In this document: positions 29,691-38,762 of the stretch, piece after piece
How positions within the stretch are numbered: the first letter of the stretch is position 1
How the letters are laid out: every line of letters starts with the position of its first letter
Origin: an uncultured Bacilli bacterium
GTDB taxonomy: Bacteria > Bacillota_I > Bacilli_A > RF39 > UBA660
Length of the DNA: 64,000 nucleotides
Assembly: GCA_934167875.1 (NCBI GenBank)
Contig: CAKPMC010000001.1
Location: 13,634 to 77,633 of the forward strand
Direction of reading: 5' to 3'
Program-made: the position numbers and the translations under genes
Notes under the pieces: generated by a model
Seen by the model: the letters and a program-made list of their open reading frames with translations, nothing else
Databases searched by the model: none
What the model was told of the DNA's origin: nothing

Positions 29691-30839
29691 TCATTTCGTA
29701 TTAACAGATATTTCTTTAATCTTTTTAACAAAATAATCATCAGTCATACCTGCAATATAATCAATAACCATTCTTTTACTATCAGTATTATCAATATAAC
29801 TAGCATCCATAGTATTTAAAAATATTTTATATATATCACTATCATAATTCTTATTAGTAATATCATCTAAATACTTATTAAATAAATTATTCATACCATT
29901 TCTATAAAATTCAAGTTCTTCTTTAGTATTAGCTTTACTATAAATATGTTCATAATTAAATTTCTTTAAATCAAAAATAGCTTTATAAACAGAATTACTT
30001 AACTTAATATATGGCTTATTATAACTATTTGTTACTATATCAATAATAATTGTATTAACTATTTCCTTATTAGTAGTGCCAAGTACCTCTCTAATATGAG
30101 TAGGTACATCTTCTCTAGTTAAAACGCCTAAATTAATAGCATCTTCTATATCTCTACCAATATAGCCAATAATATCACTAATACGTACTACACAACCTTC
30201 TAAAGTCATTGGTCTTATTTTTTTTAATATAACCTTGTCAGTATAACATTTCTCATACTCTTCTAAAAATTTTTCTTTAGTTTTAGGATTAGGTTCATAA
30301 ATATTAGATAACATTTCTCCATTATGACACATAATACCATCTAGTGTTTGAATAGCTAAATTACTACCAAATCCTTTTTTTTCTAAAACTAAATAATTAC
30401 GTACACTTTGAATATTATGATTAAACATAGTACCAGTTTCTCTAAGTGATATATCATTTAAAATAGCTTCCCCTGTATGACCAATAGGTGTATGACCAAT
30501 ATCATGTCCAAGCGCAATGGCTTCTATTAAATCTTCATTTAAATTTAATGCTCTACCAATTGTCCTAGCTATTTTACTAACTAACTGAACATGTACTATT
30601 CTTTTACTAATATGATCATTTTGTTTAAATGAAAATACTTGTGTCTTATCTAAATATCTAGTATATGATAAAGAATGAATAATACGATCTATATCATGAT
30701 AAAAATTTGGTCTAATATCATTATCAAAATTTTCTTCTCTGATTCTAATGGCATCACTACTTTTAGTAGCATATTCACTTAAATATTTCTCTTTATTTAA
30801 AAAATTTTCTTTTATCTGTTCTAATAATTTGCTAGTCAT
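29691..30839 (-). CDS. dGTPase-like HD-domain deoxynucleoside triphosphate triphosphohydrolase
   Basis: The HD motif (LGHDIGHTPIGHTGE) and a 380-aa Dgt-family architecture are present. Confidence 0.85.
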   Translation of the reverse strand: MTSKLLEQIKENFLNKEKYLSEYATKSSDAIRIREENFDNDIRPNFYHDIDRIIHSLSYTRYLDKTQVFSFKQNDHISKRIVHVQLVSKIARTIGRALNLNEDLIEAIALGHDIGHTPIGHTGEAILNDISLRETGTMFNHNIQSVRNYLVLEKKGFGSNLAIQTLDGIMCHNGEMLSNIYEPNPKTKEKFLEEYEKCYTDKVILKKIRPMTLEGCVVRISDIIGYIGRDIEDAINLGVLTREDVPTHIREVLGTTNKEIVNTIIIDIVTNSYNKPYIKLSNSVYKAIFDLKKFNYEHIYSKANTKEELEFYRNGMNNLFNKYLDDITNKNYDSDIYKIFLNTMDASYIDNTDSKRMVIDYIAGMTDDYFVKKIKEISVNTK

Positions 30840-30874
30840 AACATCAACTCCACACCAATATTAAAACACAATTC

Positions 30875-30905
30875 AAAAAAAAAGAATAGTCCAAACTATT
30901 CTTTT
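30875..30905 (-). terminator. Rho-independent terminator after TasA-like paralog 2
   Basis: On the minus strand a hairpin AAGAATAGT-ttgg-ACTATTCTT is followed by TTTTTTTGAA. Confidence 0.55.
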
Positions 30906-31593
30906 ATCCACCAGTTACTACTGTAGCATTAGCATAAACATTAACAGTAACTGTAAACTTTTTATTATTCATAGGGTACTCTCCACTTTCATTAGGACTA
31001 TAATCCGTATCATCAGCTATCCACATTCTTAATCTAAAATTCTTTTCATAATTAGTAGATGATGCTGGAACACTACCATTATAAATAGTTTTTTCGATAG
31101 TTCCATCCGTTACAGCTACACTTGTTTGATTAAGTTCACTAAATCTAGCTACGTTAGTATCTTTTAAAGTAAGTGGTGCTGGAGTTTCAGTATCAGTACC
31201 AACTTCAGTTAAATAAATCTTGATAGCTTCTTCTGGAACAGTTGAATCAGCTTTCTTACGAGCAGTTATTTCATATGGAAGACTAGTATTACCTGTAGTA
31301 GTAGCAAGTACTTTAAAATCAAAAACATTATTATCTCCAGTTAAAAGTTTACCGTTAGCATCAGTTGTAGGTAAAGCATCAACTATAGTAATACCATTTC
31401 CACTAGCATTCTTTTCATCATACAAGAAGGTAATTGTTCCTGTAGTAATAGTATTTTCTGTTGTACCTAATCTAGCATAAGTAAAAAATGCATAACTAAC
31501 ACCAATAGTAACAGCTACTAATAAAAAGATTGCTAATACTAACACTATTCTAGATTGTGTTCTTATTTCTTTTTTAGTATCTTTCTTATCCAT
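30904..31593 (-). CDS. Secreted protein of the TasA-like paralog family (paralog 2, 229 aa)
   Basis: TIGVSYAFFTYARLGTTENTITTGTITFLY is near-identical to the N-terminus of the 13952 protein. AAAGGAGA precedes the ATG. Confidence 0.55.
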   Translation of the reverse strand: MDKKDTKKEIRTQSRIVLVLAIFLLVAVTIGVSYAFFTYARLGTTENTITTGTITFLYDEKNASGNGITIVDALPTTDANGKLLTGDNNVFDFKVLATTTGNTSLPYEITARKKADSTVPEEAIKIYLTEVGTDTETPAPLTLKDTNVARFSELNQTSVAVTDGTIEKTIYNGSVPASSTNYEKNFRLRMWIADDTDYSPNESGEYPMNNKKFTVTVNVYANATVVTGG

Positions 31594-31639
31594 AATTTCT
31601 CCTTTCTACATAATAGTCTTCCCTATTTTTATTATTGCA

Positions 31640-31676
31640 TACAAAAAACAAACAAGTATTAATAAACTTGTTTGTT
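31640..31676 (-). terminator. Rho-independent terminator after the HTH regulator
   Basis: On the minus strand a hairpin AACAAACAAGT-ttattaat-ACTTGTTTGTT is followed by TTTTGT. Confidence 0.6.
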
Positions 31677-31682
31677 ATAAAT

Positions 31683-32306
31683 TTAATCTATATATTTTTT
31701 TATAAGCCTATTAACTGTTTCTGTATCATAAACAGTTGATTTCAAAAGAAAATTTGCATACTGTATTAAACTATCAATATCATTAGATGACAACATTAAA
31801 ACTTGTTTTTTTAAAGTTTCTAGCTTACTGATATAAACATCGTTATCAACATTAAAACTAGGAACTATATTTTTATCTACCAAAAATTTTCGATAATCAA
31901 CGCCAACATAATTACATATATATACAAAAGTATCAATAGAAATTTCTGTCCTTTTTCCATGTAAAATTCTAGATAATTGAGCTTCACTAATACCAGCAGC
32001 TATGCTAATATTTCTAGCTGTTAATAATGGATCTTTTTCTATTTCATCTTTCAAATAAGTCAAAAAATTAAATGAAGAAACAAAATCATTAGGATTAGAA
32101 AAATCTAATTTAGCAAATCCACCAAAATCATAAGGATTTAAATTTAAACAAGTCATTAATTTTAAAAAAGTTTCTTTTTTTAATGTTTTTCTTTTATCAT
32201 CTCTAATACACTTTATCTCTGTATTGGAAACACCAACCAGTTTTGCTACTTCCTGCTGAGATATTTTTAGTTCTTTTATTCTAGCATCTATTTCCTTACC
32301 ATACAT
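31683..32306 (-). CDS. Tandem double HTH (XRE-family) transcriptional regulator
   Basis: There are two helix-turn-helix segments (ISQQEVAKLVGVSNTEIKCIR and TARNISIAAGISEAQLSRILHGKR). AGAGGTGG precedes the ATG. Confidence 0.7.
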   Translation of the reverse strand: MYGKEIDARIKELKISQQEVAKLVGVSNTEIKCIRDDKRKTLKKETFLKLMTCLNLNPYDFGGFAKLDFSNPNDFVSSFNFLTYLKDEIEKDPLLTARNISIAAGISEAQLSRILHGKRTEISIDTFVYICNYVGVDYRKFLVDKNIVPSFNVDNDVYISKLETLKKQVLMLSSNDIDSLIQYANFLLKSTVYDTETVNRLIKKYID

Positions 32307-32327
32307 AAAATACCACCTCTTTTATAA

Positions 32328-33941
32328 TTACTTATTTGCCTGTTCTCTTAGTTTAATTACTTCTTTATTTTCTAAATACTCATCATATGGTAATCTTCTA
32401 TCAATTACACCAGTTGGTAAAATTTCAATTATACGATTAGCTATAGTTGAAACAAATTGATGATCATGTGATGCAAATAATAATTCTGAATCATATTTGA
32501 TTAAACCATTATTTAATGAAGTTATACTTTCAAGATCTAAATGAGCAGTTGGTTCATCTAATATTAACATATTACTAGCTTCTAACATACATTTAGATAG
32601 CATACATCTAGCTTTTTCACCACCAGATAAAACTGGTACTTTTTTAAATACATCTTCTCCTGAAAATAACATTCTACCTAAAAAACTTCTAAGTACTGTT
32701 TCATCATCTATATTATAATATTGTCCAATCCATTCCATAATATTAATATCTTTAGTAAAATAAGCAGAATTATCCTGAGGAAAATATGATTTAGTAACTG
32801 TTTTACCCCAAATAACTTCACCAGAATCAAATTTTTCTTCACCCATTAATATTTTAAAAAGCATTGTTTTAGCAAGTTCATCATTACCTACAAAAGCTAC
32901 TTTATCACCTTTTAAAATACTAAATGATACTTTATTTAAAATCTTTTTACCATCTACTGTTTTACATAAATTTTTAACAGTTAAAATTTCCTTACCACTA
33001 GCCTTTTCAGGTTTAAAATCAATATATGGATATTTTCTAGATGAAGGAACTATTTCATCAAGTTCAATCTTTTCTAACATTTTTTTACGTGAAGTAGCCT
33101 GCTTACTTTTAGAGGCATTAGCAGAGAATCTAGCAATAAAATCTTGTAGTTCTTTTATTTTCTCTTCTTTCTTTTTATTAGCTTCTTTCATTTGTTTTAA
33201 AGCAAGTTGACTAGACTCATACCAAAAATCATAATTTCCAATATAAAGCTTAATTTTATTGTAATCAATATCAGCAATATGAGTACAAACTTTATTTAAA
33301 AAATGACGATCATGACTAACTACAATTACTGTATTTGAATAGTTTATTAAAAATTCTTCTAACCAATTAATAGCATCCATATCTAAGTTGTTAGTAGGTT
33401 CATCAAGTAATAAAATATCAGGGTTTCCAAATAATGCTTGAGCAAGTAATACTTTAACTTTTAATTTAGCTGGTATTTCACTCATTAATGAATAATGAAG
33501 TAAAACATCAATTCCAAGATTAGATAATAATTCGCCAGCTTCACTTTCAGCTTCCCAACCATTAAGTTCCATGAATTCACCTTCAAGTTCAGCTAGTCTC
33601 ATACCATCTTCATCAGTAAAATCAGTATGTGAATATAATTCATTTTTTTCTCTCATTATTTCATATAGTCTAGTATTACCCATAATAACAGTATCCATAA
33701 CTGTATGATCTTCATATGCATAATGATCTTGCTTTAAAGTAGAAATTCTTTCCCCCTTAGAAATTATAATTTCACCACTAGTTGTCTCAATCTCTCCACT
33801 TAAAAGCTTAAGAAAAGTACTTTTCCCAGCTCCATTAGCTCCAATCAAACCATAACAGTTACCGGCAGTAAATTTAATATTAACATCTTCAAACAAAGTT
33901 CTTTTTCCAAAACGAAGTGTAACATTTTTAGTTTGTATCAT
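32328..33941 (-). CDS. ABC-F family ATPase with two ABC domains and no TM domain
   Basis: It has two Walker A motifs (GANGAGKST, and a second in the C-terminal half), two LSGGE signatures, and a linker between them. Confidence 0.9.
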   Translation of the reverse strand: MIQTKNVTLRFGKRTLFEDVNIKFTAGNCYGLIGANGAGKSTFLKLLSGEIETTSGEIIISKGERISTLKQDHYAYEDHTVMDTVIMGNTRLYEIMREKNELYSHTDFTDEDGMRLAELEGEFMELNGWEAESEAGELLSNLGIDVLLHYSLMSEIPAKLKVKVLLAQALFGNPDILLLDEPTNNLDMDAINWLEEFLINYSNTVIVVSHDRHFLNKVCTHIADIDYNKIKLYIGNYDFWYESSQLALKQMKEANKKKEEKIKELQDFIARFSANASKSKQATSRKKMLEKIELDEIVPSSRKYPYIDFKPEKASGKEILTVKNLCKTVDGKKILNKVSFSILKGDKVAFVGNDELAKTMLFKILMGEEKFDSGEVIWGKTVTKSYFPQDNSAYFTKDINIMEWIGQYYNIDDETVLRSFLGRMLFSGEDVFKKVPVLSGGEKARCMLSKCMLEASNMLILDEPTAHLDLESITSLNNGLIKYDSELLFASHDHQFVSTIANRIIEILPTGVIDRRLPYDEYLENKEVIKLREQANK

Positions 33942-34040
33942 AGAATCACCCTTTCAAAACTATTCATAATTTTACTATATTTTTTATATTTAAGCAAGAA
34001 AAATACTAGTTACTAGAACTAGTATAATATCCTAACTTCA

Positions 34041-34140
34041 GCTAATCTCTCCAATTCTTCAATTATTTTGATATCATTTGAGTTATTTATTATCTATCTC
34101 ATATTCTTAAAACTAGTTACTAAAAATAATGATATGATAA
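34041..34140. repeat. Roughly 100-bp degenerate duplicate of an internal segment (34376-34475) of the adjacent Rpn-like gene
   Basis: A direct repeat at about 85 percent identity (GCTAATCTCTCCAATTCTTCAATTATTTT...CATATTCTTAAAACTAGTT) is seen by eye. In the gene frame the copy runs into a stop. Confidence 0.6.
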
Positions 34141-34149
34141 CACTACTAA

Positions 34150-35013
34150 CTACTGCTTTGACAATTCATTTAGTGTATCAATGTCTAATCCAATAGCTTT
34201 TGAAATATCTTTCATTGAAACAGTTCCTAATTTTAAAAAATTTTTAGCTATTTCTATTTTTTCTTGTTTAGAGCCTTGTTCTAAACCATTTTGAAATGAT
34301 TCTACTTTAATAGAATTCTCTGTCTTTTTTCTTACTGCTTCAGCATTATAATGTAGTTTAAATTCTTCATCCATAGCTAATCTCTCCAATTCTTCAATTA
34401 TTTTAATATCTTTTGGATTATTTGTTAACTCTCTCATATTCTTAAAACTAGTTGCTAAAAATAGCGATAGGCTAACTTCTAATTCACTACTATCATAACA
34501 TACTTTTTTAAAATTAGGTAAATAAAGATGTAAACTTTCTATATCTTCTATTCTTAAATTAGTCTTAGGATCTTCAAAAATATAATTACCCATCTTTAAA
34601 TATGGTAATTCTTTATTTCTATAATTATCAAAAGATATTAGTTTTGTTTGTTTACCACTATAAACTTCTCCCGTATCATACATACTCCCTGCTTCTCTAT
34701 AAAGATACTGATGATTCTTAGACTCCAAAAAATCATAATACTTTTGATTCATCTCTATAATAATAGTATTATTTCCATCACTTAATTTTAAATCCATTCG
34801 ATAATCTTTTACTTTATTTCCTGTATTCGATTCATTATCTATTAAATAATAATTACTAATATCTAAAAAGAATGCTTCTCTAATAATATTTTCTAACCAA
34901 TTCCTAGTTTCTTTATTTTTATATAAATATTTAAACGTTGTATCAGATAATAAAGATATAAAGTTATCTTCTTCTAATTTTTCTTTATTTTTTTCTAATA
35001 ATAATTCTGTCAT
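34150..35013 (-). CDS. PD-(D/E)XK nuclease family transposase / Rpn (YhgA-like) recombination-promoting nuclease homolog
   Basis: The N-terminal block LLSDTTFKYLYKNKETRNWLENIIREAF and the C-terminal block GLEQG...IAKNFLKLG...ISKAIGL are characteristic of Transposase_31/Rpn proteins. The RBS is weak. Confidence 0.6.
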   Translation of the reverse strand: MTELLLEKNKEKLEEDNFISLLSDTTFKYLYKNKETRNWLENIIREAFFLDISNYYLIDNESNTGNKVKDYRMDLKLSDGNNTIIIEMNQKYYDFLESKNHQYLYREAGSMYDTGEVYSGKQTKLISFDNYRNKELPYLKMGNYIFEDPKTNLRIEDIESLHLYLPNFKKVCYDSSELEVSLSLFLATSFKNMRELTNNPKDIKIIEELERLAMDEEFKLHYNAEAVRKKTENSIKVESFQNGLEQGSKQEKIEIAKNFLKLGTVSMKDISKAIGLDIDTLNELSKQ

Positions 35014-35168
35014 ATTTTATTAATTTATAATCTCCTTTAATAATATTAGAAGGCGCTAGCAAACCTCCTAATTATATTATTTAAAGTTTTTCTAAAAAAA
35101 CTAAGTTTTTTTCAAAAAAAATACACAAAAGTTAATTGATCTTTTGTGTATTTATAAATACTTTAAAT

Positions 35169-36008
35169 TTATTCAGAATCTCTCCAAGACTCATAAAAAT
35201 CCTTTACCTTATTCTTACCACTAACAGCTAATTCTTTTATTAAATCCCAAGTAAAACCAAAACTACTCTTCATAGTATTAAAATCTTCCTTTGCCTGATT
35301 ACAAGTATCTTCACCAACACTATCACATAAACTAGCAGCAACTTCCAAATATAATGAAGCTAACTTACCCTTTAAATTATCATATTTAGTTTTAATTGTT
35401 TCTTTATAATCAGGAAAGTATTTTTCTATTTTAGAATCAATAGAAAAAGCTATTTTAATAATTTGTAACTTAGCACTATTACTTAATTCCTTAAATGTAT
35501 GACCTTTAATTTCTTTATCATAAAAAATAAAATCAACTATAGTAACAAAAGTATTCTTAGCTTTTTCTTTAAATGTAGCACCTTCCTGATAAGTAGAAAT
35601 ACTATTTTCTTCATTTTGAAAATAACTAATCACATCATTTTCAGTATAAACAGTAGAATTAGAAGTTGAACTATTACTTGTATTACTATTATTAGAATTA
35701 CTATTTGCATTAGGTGTGCTTGAAGGAATAGGACTTGGTGTATTTACTGGAGTATTTGTAGGAACTGAACTTGGAACTGGTGTAGGTGTAGGAATAATAT
35801 CATTTTGTTTAGTATCATCTTTACTATCATTTTCACTAGTTTTATTATCCTCTAATTGAATTTGCTTATTATCACTTTTATTTTCTAAATTATTACTATT
35901 ATTAAATATAGAATATTTACCATTTAACATAAGAGCTATAGCTACAACAAGTAAAGTAATAGCTACACTAATTAACACAACTGGAATAAACTTTTTCTTA
36001 TCTTCCAT
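35169..36008 (-). CDS. Membrane-anchored protein with a Pro/Thr/Ser-rich linker and a C-terminal globular domain
   Basis: An N-terminal TM is followed by a low-complexity PTPTPVPSSVPTNTP...NSNS linker and a 150-aa C-terminal domain. Confidence 0.45.
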   Translation of the reverse strand: MEDKKKFIPVVLISVAITLLVVAIALMLNGKYSIFNNSNNLENKSDNKQIQLEDNKTSENDSKDDTKQNDIIPTPTPVPSSVPTNTPVNTPSPIPSSTPNANSNSNNSNTSNSSTSNSTVYTENDVISYFQNEENSISTYQEGATFKEKAKNTFVTIVDFIFYDKEIKGHTFKELSNSAKLQIIKIAFSIDSKIEKYFPDYKETIKTKYDNLKGKLASLYLEVAASLCDSVGEDTCNQAKEDFNTMKSSFGFTWDLIKELAVSGKNKVKDFYESWRDSE

Positions 36009-36057
36009 ACTACCACCTCTAACAGCTACTAATTATACCACATTTTCCTTAAATTTA

Positions 36058-38679
36058 CTAGACCCCAATAATCAATCCTTTTTTTCTCAAATATAACTTT
36101 CTAATCCAATCAACAGGAATAACCGTAATAGCTAATAAAATAGTAGTTAGTAATTCCTTAAAAGTTAAACCATAAGTCCTAAATAAATTACCACCATAAT
36201 ATATAAGAATAATTTGAATAATCACAATAAAAGCAATTATTATAATAAACACTTTATTTTTAAGTAAATTAGAAAATAAATTAAGACGATGTGTCCTAGC
36301 ATTAAAACAGTTAAATATACCCATAAAAATAAATAAAGCAAAAAAAGCAGTCATTAAATAACTATATGAACTATCTATTCTATACAAACTTCTAACCCAA
36401 TCACTTTTTAAGAAAAAGATACATAATAGTGATGAATATGTACCAGTAAAAATAATTTCATCACGCATATATCTATTTAAAATATTCTCTTTTTTCTTTT
36501 TAGGAGCTTCATCCATATACTCAACCAAAGGCGGTTCATAACTAAAAGCAATTCCGGCTAATGTATCCATAATCATATTTATCCACAACATTTGAATAAC
36601 AGTAACCGGTGTTTCAACTCCTATAAATGGTCCAATAATAGATAAAGAAATAGCACACATATTTACTGTTAATTGAAAAATTATAAATTTACGAATACTT
36701 TTAAAAGTCGTTCTACCAAACAAAATAGCTTTTGATATAGATAAAAAGTTATCATCTAATATTACTATTTCACTTGCTTCTTTAGCTACTTCTGTACCAC
36801 TTCCCATAGCAAACGCAACATCAGCTTTCTTCAGCGCTGGAGCATCATTTACCCCATCACCTGTCATACCAACAACCATGCCCATTTCTTGACATATTTT
36901 AACTAATTTACTCTTATCCTGCGGCAAACTTCTAGCAACTATTCTAAGTTTAGGCAAAATCTTCTTAATTTCATCACTAGTCAACCTATTTAGTTCTGTA
37001 CTTGTTAATACTACATCACTATTATCATTAATTAAACCAACCTCTCTACCAATAGCTAAAGCAGTATCCTTATTATCACCAGTAATCATAACTGTTTGAA
37101 TACCAGCTTTTTTAACAAGTTCAATTCCCTCAATTGCTTCTTTTCTAACTTCATCCTTCATAAAAATAAAACCAATTAAAGTTAGTCTATCCATTTTATC
37201 AGAATCATAATTATCATTAAACGCAAGTAATAATACTCTAATTCCCTTTTTAGTAACCTCATTCAAATGTTTTTGAATAATATCAGGAAGAATCTTTTCT
37301 TTTTCCCCATTTTCTTTTAAATAGTTACTACATTTAGAAAGTAATACTTCAGGTGCACCCTTTATTAAATTAATCCTCTTCTTAACACCATCAGTATATT
37401 CAATCATCGTACTAGAATATTTTTCCCTACTATTAAAAGGAACTCTAGATAATACCCTTAGACTAGGAACAGGTGTCGTTATAAATTTACGCAAAGCTCT
37501 ATCAGTTATATTACCACCAATTACCTCACCATCAGACATCGTACTATCATTATTATAAGTCAACGATAATTTTAAGTATTTATATAGTTTACTATAAGGA
37601 GATACTTCCAGTTCATTATTATAAGTTTTCAAACTACCAGATAAAAAACCTACTACATCCAACTTTCCTTTAGTAAGTGTTCCTGTTTTATCAGTAAATA
37701 AAATATTTAAACTTCCTGCTGTTTCTATACCAACTAACTTTCTAGCTAAAACATTATTTTTTAACATCCTTTTCATATTAGAAGAAAGAACTAAAGTTAT
37801 CATCATAGGTAGTCCTTCCGGTACCGCAACAACGATAATCGTAACGCTTAAAGTAAGAGCATATATTAAATAATTCATAAGCAAAGGGAAATTAGTAACC
37901 GTACTAATTATTTTATTAATATCAAAGTTATTTTCAATTACTATTACTGAGAACAAATATGATATTGAAACTAAAAAGGCACCAATATATCCTATTCTAC
38001 TAATTATTTTAGCAAGTTTAGCAAGTCTTATTTTCATAGGACTATCTGGATTATCTTCCTGTATTTCTAATGCTAGTTTTCCATAAAAAGTATCATTTCC
38101 TATCTTTTCTACCCTCATATAAGCTAGTTTTGAATAAACAACTGTACCTCTATAAACTTTATTTTTATCAGTAGGAGTTCCCTCTACTTTATATTTATAA
38201 GCTTCCCTAGTTTCACCATTTAAAGCTGATTCATCAACACTAACTTCACCATCTATAATTACCCCATCTGCAGGTATTTTATCACCCGTTTCAAGTCTAA
38301 CAACATCACCTACTACTACTTCATCAATAGGTATCTCTATTAATTTTCCGCTTCTTTTAACCTTACACTTAATACGAGAAGATTCTTCCTGTAAATGTAA
38401 AAAAGCCTTTTCACTACCATATTCTGAAATAGTAGAAATAAAACTAGCTATAAAAATAGCTATCATAATACCTAGTGTTTCAAACCAATCAAAATCTTTA
38501 AATAAAAAAATAGTTTTTATCGCCAGTGCTATCAACAATATCTTAATTATAGGATCTCCCATAGTTTCTATAAACTGTCGTAAAAATGATTTTTTCTTTT
38601 TACTAGTTAATGAATTATTTCCATATTTTTTACGAGATTCTAATACTTCATCATTACTTAAACCATTTGTATTAATCAT
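36058..38679 (-). CDS. P-type cation-transporting ATPase (type II, Ca2+-ATPase-like)
   Basis: The DKTGTLT phosphorylation site, the GDGVNDAPAL hinge and about ten TM segments are present. TAGGAGGA precedes the ATG. Confidence 0.9.
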   Translation of the reverse strand: MINTNGLSNDEVLESRKKYGNNSLTSKKKKSFLRQFIETMGDPIIKILLIALAIKTIFLFKDFDWFETLGIMIAIFIASFISTISEYGSEKAFLHLQEESSRIKCKVKRSGKLIEIPIDEVVVGDVVRLETGDKIPADGVIIDGEVSVDESALNGETREAYKYKVEGTPTDKNKVYRGTVVYSKLAYMRVEKIGNDTFYGKLALEIQEDNPDSPMKIRLAKLAKIISRIGYIGAFLVSISYLFSVIVIENNFDINKIISTVTNFPLLMNYLIYALTLSVTIIVVAVPEGLPMMITLVLSSNMKRMLKNNVLARKLVGIETAGSLNILFTDKTGTLTKGKLDVVGFLSGSLKTYNNELEVSPYSKLYKYLKLSLTYNNDSTMSDGEVIGGNITDRALRKFITTPVPSLRVLSRVPFNSREKYSSTMIEYTDGVKKRINLIKGAPEVLLSKCSNYLKENGEKEKILPDIIQKHLNEVTKKGIRVLLLAFNDNYDSDKMDRLTLIGFIFMKDEVRKEAIEGIELVKKAGIQTVMITGDNKDTALAIGREVGLINDNSDVVLTSTELNRLTSDEIKKILPKLRIVARSLPQDKSKLVKICQEMGMVVGMTGDGVNDAPALKKADVAFAMGSGTEVAKEASEIVILDDNFLSISKAILFGRTTFKSIRKFIIFQLTVNMCAISLSIIGPFIGVETPVTVIQMLWINMIMDTLAGIAFSYEPPLVEYMDEAPKKKKENILNRYMRDEIIFTGTYSSLLCIFFLKSDWVRSLYRIDSSYSYLMTAFFALFIFMGIFNCFNARTHRLNLFSNLLKNKVFIIIIAFIVIIQIILIYYGGNLFRTYGLTFKELLTTILLAITVIPVDWIRKLYLRKKGLIIGV

Positions 38680-38732
38680 AACTAGTCCTCCTACTAAAAT
38701 ATATTTAGATATATTTATTTTAGAAGAAGAGT

Positions 38733-38760
38733 TTTTGTCGAAAAAAAAAGAGAATAAATT
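38733..38760 (-). terminator. Putative terminator after feoB
   Basis: On the minus strand a short hairpin GAGAA-uuua-UUCUC is followed by UUUUUUUUUCG. Confidence 0.4.
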
Positions 38761-38762
38761 CT

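Noticed and set aside
31220-31480. 86-aa plus-strand ORF
   Set aside because: It is antisense to the TasA-like paralog 2 gene.
35700-35800. Apparent DNA similarity between the Pro/Thr-linker regions of the 35169 and 57043 genes
   Set aside because: The similarity is low-complexity (GGT/GTT/ACT-rich codons for a P/T/S linker) and not a true repeat or duplication.
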